Positions 19,349 through 27,291 are shown, counted from the stretch's first letter. The stretch: DNA of 37,237 nucleotides from a virus (IMGVR_UViG_3300043395_000557:1-37237), one strand, 5' to 3'. Translations and numbers: made by a program. Notes: generated from the letters alone by a model not told the origin.

Positions 19349-19924
19349 CTATGATGCGGAAATATAAGTTCCGTTAACGTAAATCTTGCTACTTGTAGTT
19401 AGTGTTACTGGCGTACCCTGCTTGAAAATTGCTTCCATAATTGGAGAGTTTGCTCCACCAGATTGTTTCAAGTAGTGTAGGTCAAGTGTTTGTGTTCCTG
19501 CCAAGTGGTCTATATTAAGTATAGCATGTCCAGCATTATCTGGGTTTTGGGTAGGGTCAACATTGCACCATCCAGAAAAGTGGTTCATAGTTCCAGCAAG
19601 TGGCATAAAAGGAAGTTCTAGCATGAGTTGACCAGTTCCAAAATTTGTAACGGTATTTAAATCTACTGCAATCCAAAAAGTAACAAACTGTCCAGCCTTA
19701 ACGTAATAAGAATTGTATGTAGGGTATGTTGTTCCAGTTCCAGTAAATACAAGACCAGTTGCACTAAAGTTTGGAGACCATCTAACTGCAGTAGGGTTTA
19801 AGGCAGGTCCAGAAGGTCCAGTGGCTCCAGTCGCACCAGCAGGTCCAGATGGACCAACAGTTCCAAGGACCTTTATAACTGCAGGAGTAATAGTTTTAGG
19901 AACAATTTTTACAATATTAGCCAT
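19349..19924 (-). CDS. short collagen-like repeat plus beta-domain tail protein
   Basis: GTVGPSGPAGATGATGPSGPA G-X-Y repeats. Confidence 0.65.
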   Translation of the reverse strand: MANIVKIVPKTITPAVIKVLGTVGPSGPAGATGATGPSGPALNPTAVRWSPNFSATGLVFTGTGTTYPTYNSYYVKAGQFVTFWIAVDLNTVTNFGTGQLMLELPFMPLAGTMNHFSGWCNVDPTQNPDNAGHAILNIDHLAGTQTLDLHYLKQSGGANSPIMEAIFKQGTPVTLTTSSKIYVNGTYISAS

Positions 19925-20220
19925 TAGATTTCACCTGCATCCACTTTTTCAATAATAAGAGTATTTGTACTTTGGTTATAAGCAAGACCGCCACCTACTG
20001 TTAGGTTTCCCAATGCCCCTGGTGGTCCCTGAATTCCTTGGGGTCCCTGGGGTCCAGTTGGTCCAACACTTCCAGTATTTCCTGTATCGCCCTTGGCTCC
20101 AGGCATAGGAATAATCTTAATGGTCGATGCTTGTTGCTGATTAATAATCTTAATGATTACATCGTTGGTGTTATTAGGAACAACTTGTCCTAAGATTGCT
20201 GGCGATACGAAACCAGACAT
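19924..20220 (-). CDS. collagen-like repeat protein
   Basis: GAKGDTGNTGSVGPTGPQGPQGIQGPPG. Confidence 0.7.
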   Translation of the reverse strand: MSGFVSPAILGQVVPNNTNDVIIKIINQQQASTIKIIPMPGAKGDTGNTGSVGPTGPQGPQGIQGPPGALGNLTVGGGLAYNQSTNTLIIEKVDAGEI

Positions 20221-20600
20221 TAGGCGTTAATACTCACATCAGCAAGTACGGTGATTTTACCGATTACTGGTGTCCATACTTCAGAATTAATGGTTACTTG
20301 TAGGTCAAATGAAAGTTCGGTGACAACCGATGTTTGACCAGTACCCCATGTTTTTGTTAAACTTGCAGGTGCAACAATATCAACATATCCAGTGCCAGCA
20401 GTAACTGTCAATGTGTCAAAACCACCGTTTTTTAAATCATAAGCGGAACTTGTAAAAGTCCAAGTTGAGATATCGTAGTATGTTTCTCCATCAGTCTGAT
20501 AGAATTCAACACGAATCTTAGCAGTATCACCACGAACTACTTTCCATTGAACGAAAGCAGGGTCCGCACCAAAATTATCGGGAATATCGCAATTAGTCAT
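20220..20600 (-). CDS. small structural protein (BppU-like N-terminal pattern)
   Basis: WKVVRGDTAKIRVEF..YDISTWTF..FDLQV; start moved to ATG 20600 because a TATAAT ends 7 nt upstream. Confidence 0.55.
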   Translation of the reverse strand: MTNCDIPDNFGADPAFVQWKVVRGDTAKIRVEFYQTDGETYYDISTWTFTSSAYDLKNGGFDTLTVTAGTGYVDIVAPASLTKTWGTGQTSVVTELSFDLQVTINSEVWTPVIGKITVLADVSINA

Positions 20601-20620
20601 AGATTTATTATACACCATAA

Positions 20621-20678
20621 ATGAAGAACCAGTGTCCGAAGAGTGGGTATGAGAGAGAGATATCGAACACTGGCTCAT
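20621..20678 (-). ncRNA. candidate small RNA hairpin with CU-rich loop
   Basis: 14-bp stem with two G.U pairs on the minus strand, 23-nt loop, TATAAT at 20689-20684 just upstream. Confidence 0.4.
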
Positions 20679-20725
20679 TAAAAATTATATCATATAACAT
20701 TGTTACATTTTCGTTATCTTTTAAC

Positions 20726-20754
20726 TTGACAAATCTCAAAATCTGTGATACCCT
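20726..20754 (+). promoter_or_regulatory. possible promoter facing the AT-rich tract
   Basis: TTGACA-N17-TACCCT with TG extension. Confidence 0.4.
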
Positions 20755-20774
20755 CTAAACATAAAGGTTTAGGG

Positions 20775-20835
20775 CTATATATTATATATATTATATATTA
20801 ATATATAGTATATATTATATATAAATAATAATAAT
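20775..20835. repeat. TA-rich low-complexity tract with internal inverted repeat
   Basis: about 60 nt almost entirely A/T; CTATATATTA...TAATATATAG inverted repeat. Confidence 0.8.
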
Positions 20836-20847
20836 CAAAGTTCGGTT

Positions 20848-21111
20848 TTACTCTGACTTTGTTTTCTTTTGTGTTTTGACACCTTCGGTAACTAGAATGT
20901 TATATAGATTATCAATCTTCTCTTCTAGTTTGTCTGTTTTTTCTTCAAGTCGTGATACTTGGTCTTTAATTGAAGAACCATTATTTGGTTTCATTTCGTG
21001 CTTGATTTCTTCGAAGTAGTGCTTGGTAAGCCAACGGACACCATAACCAACAGATGTGATTACGCTGGCAACGCTGATTATCAATGCGAGAATCTGTTCG
21101 GTGGTAGTCAT
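20848..21111 (-). CDS. membrane-anchored coiled-coil protein (DUF2746-like, common in actinophages)
   Basis: N-terminal TM helix then KPNNGSSIKDQVSRLE; start moved to MTTTEQ just downstream of TATAAT. Confidence 0.6.
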   Translation of the reverse strand: MTTTEQILALIISVASVITSVGYGVRWLTKHYFEEIKHEMKPNNGSSIKDQVSRLEEKTDKLEEKIDNLYNILVTEGVKTQKKTKSE

Positions 21112-21464
21112 AATAGAACTATTATACATTACTTTTTCGGCGGAAAATAAGAGTTCTGCGATTTTAAAAACGGCGATATATAGAAACACCACATCCAAAT
21201 ACGCATAGTGGATAAATGCGACATGGATGCGATAGCACTTTGATGCAATATAAAAACATAGCCCAATTAGCCCCAGAATGCCCCTAGAATCGATTTTCAG
21301 CCTATCGAACCTATCTCAGTATGGTCTTATTTGCATATGTATAAAATATGGTCAAAAGTATATACATTTCGTATATATGTATAGTTATTTGTGACCAATC
21401 AGGAGAGGCGGAGCCTCTTGTGTACCGTCCAAAAATAGGCTAGCCCATATGTTAAAATTGAACT

Positions 21465-21560
21465 ATGAAAAAATTCCTAATCGTCCTATCTGCCATAGCG
21501 TTTATTCCTATTTGGATGTATCTGTTTATGATTACTGTTAAGTATTTGGTGAATATTTGA
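21465..21560 (+). CDS. 31-aa hydrophobic peptide, leaderless
   Basis: MKKFLIVLSAIAFIPIWMYLFMITVKYLVNI; TGTTAAAAT extended -10 ends 7 nt before ATG. Confidence 0.5.
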   Translation: MKKFLIVLSAIAFIPIWMYLFMITVKYLVNI

Positions 21561-21781
21561 TACCCTGGCAAATCTGAAAAAAATTTGTTTTTGACAAAAT
21601 CTGAATATTTTGCAAAGATGTATGATACACGTTTAAATACTACACGCACACCCGATTTAGTGAGCACACATGCGCCGAAAAAAAATAACGAAATGATAAC
21701 AATGTGTAAAACACTATCTAAATAAGGATAAATGTCGGTGGTGTCTTGTATAATAGAGACACAAGAAAGAAAAGGAAAAAA

Positions 21782-21976
21782 ATGAAAGCAACTATCTATT
21801 CAATCAAGTTCGACATTTTCAACGGAACTAACACCATTAGCCCTGTCTATGAAGTTCATTCGTGGGATAAGGCTCAGGAAGTCATTGACGCTACCGCTGA
21901 CCTAATCAAAGACATTCCTAACGCTTCATTCTCGTTTGAAGTATCTGGCAACTCTTCTGTTGCTTTGGCTTGGTAG
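21782..21976 (+). CDS. hypothetical protein (64 aa)
   Basis: MKATIYSIK...; follows promoter box and AAAGG RBS. Confidence 0.75.
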   Translation: MKATIYSIKFDIFNGTNTISPVYEVHSWDKAQEVIDATADLIKDIPNASFSFEVSGNSSVALAW

Positions 21977-21986
21977 GGGGTCTAGT

Positions 21987-22154
21987 GTGGGTAATCTCGC
22001 TCTTATCGTTGGTAATCTTATTCATCTGGCTAAGGCAGTAAACCAAAAGGCTATTCCTGTGGTCAAGGCGTATGCTTGTAAGCAATGCTCTTCACTTGCT
22101 AGTGTGTCACTAGTAGATAACAAGATAACAGTAAAGAAATGTAGGTGTGTGTAA
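21987..22154 (+). CDS. hypothetical protein with CxxC and CxC
   Basis: GTG start after AGGGGG; CKQC...CRC. Confidence 0.55.
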   Translation: MGNLALIVGNLIHLAKAVNQKAIPVVKAYACKQCSSLASVSLVDNKITVKKCRCV

Positions 22155-22228
22155 TGGGTGTTGAAACTATCTTACTGCTAGCAGTAGCGTATCTCTTCTT
22201 CAAGGATAAGGAGAAGAAAGATAAATAA
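22154..22228 (+). CDS. 24-aa membrane peptide
   Basis: TAATG coupling; MGVETILLLAVAYLFFKDKEKKDK. Confidence 0.45.
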   Translation: MGVETILLLAVAYLFFKDKEKKDK

Positions 22229-22507
22229 ACCATTTGCCTTCACTGGTCTAGGACTATTCCTAATAACAGCGTGGTCATTCATCTCACAGATACACTGGGG
22301 TAGTGTGATGGGTTGTGTAGCAGGGTATAGCCTAATGGATTGGTTGTTTCACTAAGTCTGTGGGTGTGTCGTCTTGACATACCCCAGATTTTTTGGCGCA
22401 GATTTTTGTAACGAATTGATAACGCTTGTAATAATAGGCGTGTTGCTACTAATAAATGTCCGTGGTAGCCCTTATACTAGTAGTAGAAACAAAGAAAGGT
22501 AAAACTA

Positions 22508-22750
22508 ATGAATAGAAAAGGTAACTGGCAAGTAGCAGGAACACTAGCCAATGGCAATGTGTTTAGGGTAATCGTATCAGCCCTGTATGGCTATGACGCT
22601 ATGCGTGTAGCCGAATACAAACTAGGTTCTAAAATCAAAGTAGGTTCTGCCATGCGTGTAGAACACTTCCCTAGTGCCGAGTGTGCCGAGTGTGGTGAGC
22701 ATGTACCTACACCATACCAGCCTACCCATGCATGCACTAGGCTAGTATAG
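22508..22750 (+). CDS. hypothetical protein with C-terminal Zn-ribbon-like CxxC..HxC
   Basis: promoter box 22455, AGAAAGG RBS. Confidence 0.75.
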   Translation: MNRKGNWQVAGTLANGNVFRVIVSALYGYDAMRVAEYKLGSKIKVGSAMRVEHFPSAECAECGEHVPTPYQPTHACTRLV

Positions 22751-22905
22751 GGCGTGTCGCTATTGCGATACCCCAAAAAATCGGCGCAGCCAAATATAAC
22801 GAAATGGTAACAATTCGTAACACACCCCTAAAAACACTATCTAAATGAACATAAATGTCGGTGGTTGCCCTTATACTGTAAGTAGATAAAAAGAAAGGCT
22901 AACTA

Positions 22906-23049
22906 ATGGCTAAAAAGAAAAGTGTCCTAACACACGAACAGAATGCTCGCTACCGAGAACTAATGTGGATTGCCCAGTTTGGCGATTTTATGTCTGGTTT
23001 TGAGTTTGAAGAACTGGCTAAGTTGATGAAACTAAAAGGCTATAAATAA
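22906..23049 (+). CDS. 47-aa protein, paralogue A
   Basis: MAKKKSVLTHEQNARYRELMWIAQFGDFMSGFEFEELAKLMKLKGYK; own promoter box and RBS. Confidence 0.8.
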   Translation: MAKKKSVLTHEQNARYRELMWIAQFGDFMSGFEFEELAKLMKLKGYK

Positions 23050-23052
23050 AAG

Positions 23053-23133
23053 TTTGGTTTAGGTGGTGAGCCTAATTTGGTGAGCCTAGAAATAGCAAAT
23101 AAACAAATTAGCAAATAAACACCTAAACACAAA
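23053..23133 (+). ncRNA. structured RNA element 1: long hairpin, two UGAGC/CAAAUAA loops, GAAA cap
   Basis: GTTTAGGTG/CACCTAAAC, CTAATTTG/CAAATTAG and CTA-GAAA-TAG stems separated by identical internal loops. Confidence 0.65.
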
Positions 23134-23167
23134 AAAGTAAAAACTAAAAAAAAGAAATGAGAAATAA

Positions 23168-23344
23168 ATGAGAAATAAAAGATACTATCAAAAAGTAAAT
23201 GGTGGAATAAAGTATTCTGCTGATTGCCCTAAATGTGGAATGACCTATACAGGTAATTCTTACTACTTCCAAAAAGACATAAAAGAAAAATGTTTTGACG
23301 GAATTACCGAATTGGTAAATTACCGAATTGCTGAAAAAAAGTAA
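23168..23344 (+). CDS. hypothetical protein (58 aa, CPKC)
   Basis: MRNKRYYQK...CPKCG...; AGAAATGAGAAATAA leader shared with other units. Confidence 0.6.
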   Translation: MRNKRYYQKVNGGIKYSADCPKCGMTYTGNSYYFQKDIKEKCFDGITELVNYRIAEKK

Positions 23345-23482
23345 GCAATTTTTTCGGCGCATAAAAAGTTGCGCCCCGATTTATAACAAAATGATAACAA
23401 AAAATAAATAATAGGCTAAATAGGCGTGTTTTGGGGGATAAATGTCGGTGGTTAGCCCTATACTATAAGTATCAAGAACTTC

Positions 23483-23537
23483 GGGAATGAGCCTGAGCAA
23501 ATAATCCAGAAATGGTGAGCCTCAGCAAATAAGTCCC
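23483..23537 (+). ncRNA. structured RNA element 2: hairpin with two opposed UGAGC/CAAAUAA loops, GAAA cap
   Basis: GGGA/TCCC, CTGAG/CTCAG and CCA-GAAA-TGG stems; in the 5' leader of ORF 23559. Confidence 0.65.
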
Positions 23538-23558
23538 CTAAAAAGAAAGGTGGCACTA

Positions 23559-23687
23559 ATGCCAAAAAACCCATACACCCTATACACCTATTCATTCAAC
23601 GGACAGCAGGTTGTTTCTGCTATCCACATCTATGACTTAGGCAAGTTTTTGCGTGAACACCCTGACGCTAAGGTTTTCAAAAAGTAA
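23559..23687 (+). CDS. hypothetical protein (42 aa)
   Basis: MPKNPYTLYTYSFNGQQ...; AGAAAGG RBS. Confidence 0.7.
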   Translation: MPKNPYTLYTYSFNGQQVVSAIHIYDLGKFLREHPDAKVFKK

Positions 23688-23740
23688 AATGTCGGTGGTT
23701 GCTGGTAAAATAATAACATCAAGAAGAAATGAGAAATAAA

Positions 23741-23941
23741 ATGGAAAATGAAAAAAAGAGATACACCTTTGGTGGCTTCACCTTTGGCACTGACAACCTG
23801 TTCAACCTAACTATTCTAGTTCGCAACCACGCTGGACACGGAACAAGCAACTCTGTTGAACTTGGACTAGAACTAAACACTGCTGAAATCCAAGAACTAA
23901 TCACTGTTCTACTAACTAGAAATGTAAAGGAAGATAACTAA
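23741..23941 (+). CDS. hypothetical protein
   Basis: MENEKKRYTFGG...; follows promoter box 23688 (alternative start 23729). Confidence 0.7.
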   Translation: MENEKKRYTFGGFTFGTDNLFNLTILVRNHAGHGTSNSVELGLELNTAEIQELITVLLTRNVKEDN

Positions 23942-24132
23942 TGATGACACGCAAAGACTATGTTTCAACTGCTAACATTCTCGCTGGTGTTCGTGAGAGT
24001 TTGCTCTCGCTAGGTGTTGAAGGTGAAGACATCTTCTCTAATCTAGTTGCTGACTTTGCTGAAATGTTTGAAGCCGATAATGAGCGTTTCCAGAGTGAGC
24101 GTTTTGATAACGCTTGCTGGCAAGAAGACTAA
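23941..24132 (+). CDS. conserved phage-type small protein (MTRKDY...DNERF..ERF..AC)
   Basis: coupled start, AAGGAAG RBS; motif pattern recurrent in phage early proteins. Confidence 0.75.
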   Translation: MMTRKDYVSTANILAGVRESLLSLGVEGEDIFSNLVADFAEMFEADNERFQSERFDNACWQED

Positions 24133-24280
24133 GTTTTGTGGGTGGCTTCGGCTACCCCAAAATTTCGGCGCAGAGTTTTATAACGTTTTGATAACAGACT
24201 GCGACACACCCCCTAAATGTCCAATAAATGTCAGTGGTGTGGTGTAATGTAATAGTATCAAAAGAATAGGAAATAAATAA

Positions 24281-24424
24281 ATGGCTAAAAAGAAATCAAC
24301 ACTTACAGCAACTCAGGCTATCCGTTATCGTGAGTTGATGTGGACTGCTCAGTTTGGTGAGTTTATGTCAAACACCGAGTTTGCTGAACTTGCTAACCTA
24401 ATGAAGATAAGGGGATACCACTAA
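24281..24424 (+). CDS. 47-aa protein, paralogue B
   Basis: MAKKKSTLTATQAIRYRELMWTAQFGEFMSNTEFAELANLMKIRGYH. Confidence 0.8.
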   Translation: MAKKKSTLTATQAIRYRELMWTAQFGEFMSNTEFAELANLMKIRGYH

Positions 24425-24600
24425 TGCCATTCGTGCTAATTTTTGTTGGTCTGTTTTTCTGGTTAGAGTTTGTAATTCGTGCTTGGCTAGTAGTTGGAAC
24501 AGATAACTATGCTCTGGTAAATAGTTATACCAATTCGGCTATGCTAGGTTTGTGGATGATGGTTTTTGGTGGTCTGTGGTTATTGCTTCGCAAGCAGTAG
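24424..24600 (+). CDS. 58-aa two-TM membrane protein
   Basis: TAATG coupling; two hydrophobic segments. Confidence 0.6.
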   Translation: MPFVLIFVGLFFWLEFVIRAWLVVGTDNYALVNSYTNSAMLGLWMMVFGGLWLLLRKQ

Positions 24601-24730
24601 CCCTACCCCGAAAATCGGCGCAAAAATTTATAACAAAATGATAACAACTATCTAAAAAGGCGTGTTGAAGAAAATAAATGTCGGTAGCCCCCTGTATAAT
24701 CGAAGTAGATAAAAAGAAATGAGAAATAAA

Positions 24731-24916
24731 ATGAACAGATACACCAAAGAAAACTTGCTAGATGTAAACTACCTAATCGGGCAGTATGTCGCTATCACTA
24801 AAAACATTGACCTAGCCGAAGAAAAGTTTGGCGTGTTTCCAACCGAAGCCGAGTTGCGTGAAGTGGCTATGCTTGCTAAGGCTATCAAGGCTCTCGGTGG
24901 AAAACTGCCATACTAA
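24731..24916 (+). CDS. hypothetical protein
   Basis: MNRYTKENLL...; follows promoter box 24677 (alternative start 24719). Confidence 0.7.
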   Translation: MNRYTKENLLDVNYLIGQYVAITKNIDLAEEKFGVFPTEAELREVAMLAKAIKALGGKLPY

Positions 24917-24964
24917 AATGTCGGTGGTTAGATGTATAATGGAAACAGAAAGAAAGGATAACTA

Positions 24965-25135
24965 ATGATTGTTTTGAGTTTTGAAACTTGGGAAGAGTTT
25001 GATAACGCCATTGGCGACATTGCTTCGGCATTCTACAACGCTTCGCTTCAACAGGAAGAAGAAGAGATGGATTGTGCTAGGTGTGGCGAATGGGTCAAGC
25101 CTAGCGAACACCCTTCGATTGGTTGTGATGTGTAG
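24965..25135 (+). CDS. 56-aa acidic protein with CxxC..H..C
   Basis: MIVLSFETWEEFDNAIG...CARCGEW..H..GC; AGAAAGGA RBS. Confidence 0.7.
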   Translation: MIVLSFETWEEFDNAIGDIASAFYNASLQQEEEEMDCARCGEWVKPSEHPSIGCDV

Positions 25136-25169
25136 TTATTCACAGCACAGGCTAACTGCCTGTGGATAA
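25136..25169. promoter_or_regulatory. inverted pair of DnaA-box matches around a hairpin
   Basis: TTATTCACA (25136-25144) and TGTGGATAA (25161-25169, reverse complement TTATCCACA). Confidence 0.45.
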
Positions 25170-25309
25170 CTTTTCGGCGCAGACTTTTTGTGCGCCCCCC
25201 GAAAATAACAGTTTAGTTACGATTGCCAAAAACTTTCCCCAAGTTTAAGAAGTTTAAGATAAATGTCGGTGGTCCCCTGTATAATGGAACTATCAACGAA
25301 AGGCTAACT

Positions 25310-25516
25310 ATGAATGAAATTGAAACCGAAATTCGCTCGCTAATGGCTGAGGTAGAAGCCGAAGGCTTGGTAGGCAATACTGCTGATGAAGAAGGCGACC
25401 CTCGCCTATTCCGTATCGGCAATCTTCTCTCTCTGCTTCAAGTAGTAGATTGGGAAGCCTATAAGCAATTGGTCATTGAGAAGTTCAATGTCCCTGCCGA
25501 TTACTTTGAAGACTAA
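25310..25516 (+). CDS. acidic hypothetical protein
   Basis: MNEIETEIRS...; GAAAGG RBS after promoter box 25262. Confidence 0.75.
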   Translation: MNEIETEIRSLMAEVEAEGLVGNTADEEGDPRLFRIGNLLSLLQVVDWEAYKQLVIEKFNVPADYFED

Positions 25517-25526
25517 GGAGAACCAA

Positions 25527-25658
25527 ATGGTATCAATCGAAAAACTAATCGAAATGCGTGTCTTGCGTGAGTCAATGTTTGGTTCTGGCGACTGGTATGT
25601 TATCTATACTGAAGACGGACCAAAAGATGTTTCTTTGGCAGAACTGACTGCTGAATAA
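25527..25658 (+). CDS. hypothetical protein (43 aa)
   Basis: AAGGAG RBS; MVSIEKLIEMR... Confidence 0.7.
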   Translation: MVSIEKLIEMRVLRESMFGSGDWYVIYTEDGPKDVSLAELTAE

Positions 25659-25751
25659 ACTACCCTTCGGGGTGCGCAAAATTTTTGGCGTGTCGCTACC
25701 AATAAATGTCGGTGGTAGGCTGTATAATGGTATTATCAAGAAAGGAAACTA

Positions 25752-25904
25752 ATGGACACGATTTGCTCATTCTGTCTAAACATCTTCGCACCAGACACTA
25801 TTGTTTGTAGTGTTTGCCACGAATACAAGGGCATTATGCCACTAAACAAAGAAACACTAATCTACCTAGACCTAGACCTAGAAGAATACGCTGACTACCT
25901 ATAA
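25752..25904 (+). CDS. 50-aa protein with two CxxC pairs
   Basis: MDTICSFC...CSVCHEYKG; AGAAAGGA RBS. Confidence 0.75.
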   Translation: MDTICSFCLNIFAPDTIVCSVCHEYKGIMPLNKETLIYLDLDLEEYADYL

Positions 25905-25954
25905 TGTCGGTGGTTGGCTGTATAATAAACTTATCAAAAGAAATGGAGAAATAA

Positions 25955-26113
25955 ATGGAAGAGTTTTACGCAGACAGAGATAGAGATTTACAGAACTATC
26001 TTCTTACAAATGCTGAGTTGCTAGAAAAGGGTTTGCTCTCGCCAGCAGACATCTTCACACACGCCTACACGCTAGGTGCTTTACAGAATGCGACTAAGGG
26101 AGAAAATGACTAA
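25955..26113 (+). CDS. hypothetical protein (52 aa)
   Basis: MEEFYADRD...; GGAG RBS. Confidence 0.65.
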   Translation: MEEFYADRDRDLQNYLLTNAELLEKGLLSPADIFTHAYTLGALQNATKGEND

Positions 26114-26261
26114 CGAACAAATCTTTTTTTATGTGGCTATTGGGTCTATTGTTCTTATTGGCTCTTATGCTGTGGTTCTCGCAGTAATGCTAGACAAGGC
26201 TAGCAAACTTATTGAAAAGCAGAAGGCTGAAATAGCCAGAATGGTCTTGCCACCCTTTTAG
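26106..26261 (+). CDS. single-TM membrane protein
   Basis: MTNEQIFFYVAIGSIVLIGSYAVVLAVML...; GGGAG RBS. Confidence 0.7.
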   Translation: MTNEQIFFYVAIGSIVLIGSYAVVLAVMLDKASKLIEKQKAEIARMVLPPF

Positions 26262-26330
26262 GGCTGGCTCGGCTGCGCAAAAAATGTCAGTGGCTAGTTG
26301 TATAATAATCTTATCAACGAAAGGATACTA

Positions 26331-26474
26331 ATGAACGAAGACTACGAGATGGACGAAACATGGATGGATGGCGATGCTCTTGCCTCTGCTGGTTGGGGGA
26401 CTGACGAGGACTATGGCTACTACCCCGAAGACGACTGGGGAACAGTTGAGTCCGAACTCTTTGGAGACTGCTAA
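26331..26474 (+). CDS. 47-aa very acidic protein (DALASAGWGTDEDYG motif)
   Basis: 16 D/E and no K/R; GAAAGGA RBS. Confidence 0.75.
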   Translation: MNEDYEMDETWMDGDALASAGWGTDEDYGYYPEDDWGTVESELFGDC

Positions 26475-26592
26475 CGCAGTCCCATTGGGGTGCGCAGATT
26501 TTTGCGCCCCCTGCCCCTAAATTCATTTACGATTACAAAATAAGTTTCCCAGGTTTAAGAACAATGTCGGTGGTGTCCTGTATAATGTAGGT

Positions 26593-26763
26593 ATGAAGAA
26601 AAGAAAGAAACCACTAAACAAGTTAGCCGAAGCGACACGCAAGGCACACTCTAAGGCTCTATTTGAGAGCCTAATGCTAAACCCACACCTAGTAGAAACT
26701 CCTGCTAATCGCAAGGGAAGCCGTCAGGCTAACAAGCGTAAGGCTATCGCTGAACACCTATAA
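26593..26763 (+). CDS. 56-aa very basic protein, leaderless
   Basis: MKKRKKPLNK...RKGSRQANKRKAIAEHL; ATG 7 nt after TATAAT. Confidence 0.7.
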   Translation: MKKRKKPLNKLAEATRKAHSKALFESLMLNPHLVETPANRKGSRQANKRKAIAEHL

Positions 26764-26814
26764 TGTCAGTGGTTGCCTGTATAATCTAACTAACACTAAA
26801 AAGAAAGAAACCCT

Positions 26815-27291
26815 ATGACTACTCTTGAAAAGCAAACTGTATCCGTCACTACCGACTGCCTATGCGAGAATGAAGACGGAACACCGCAAGACTATTGCGA
26901 TGGTTGCTATGAATGGCAAAAAGAAGATGTCTTTATGTTGCTAGGCGAATGGTATCTTGCCAATGGTATTGAAGAAGATGACCCTATTCTAATCGAAGGC
27001 ACTGGAATGACTTGGCAACGCCTAAGCGGACACAAGTGGACAACGCCAATGGAACTTGACGGAGCGTTAGCCCTGAATGGCGACTTCAAGATTGAATGGT
27101 ATCTTGAGAATGGCGAACTAACCGCTAGACGCTGGAGCCACGATGAACCGACTGGCACTGGACTATTTACCTTTACACACTACAAGGACTGCAACGACTG
27201 TGGAGAGCCTGTCAAGGCAGACATACACGCTGAAGAACTTGGTATGTGTGTTGATTGTTCAAACAACTACTACTCTCACGAAGGAGAATAA
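26815..27291 (+). CDS. hypothetical protein with Cys clusters at both ends
   Basis: 158 aa; CLC..CDGC and CNDC..CVDC; SHDEPTG. Confidence 0.8.
   Translation: MTTLEKQTVSVTTDCLCENEDGTPQDYCDGCYEWQKEDVFMLLGEWYLANGIEEDDPILIEGTGMTWQRLSGHKWTTPMELDGALALNGDFKIEWYLENGELTARRWSHDEPTGTGLFTFTHYKDCNDCGEPVKADIHAEELGMCVDCSNNYYSHEGE

Noticed and set aside
1288-19955. Plus-strand ORFs antisense to structural genes (e.g. 1288, 2206, 3139, 12869, 16870) and minus ORF 15372-15908
   Set aside because: They overlap well-supported genes on the other strand and look like codon-bias shadows
26593-26763. Resemblance of the basic peptide to ribosome rescue factor ArfA
   Set aside because: Only compositional similarity and a KGS tripeptide; too weak without an HMM hit
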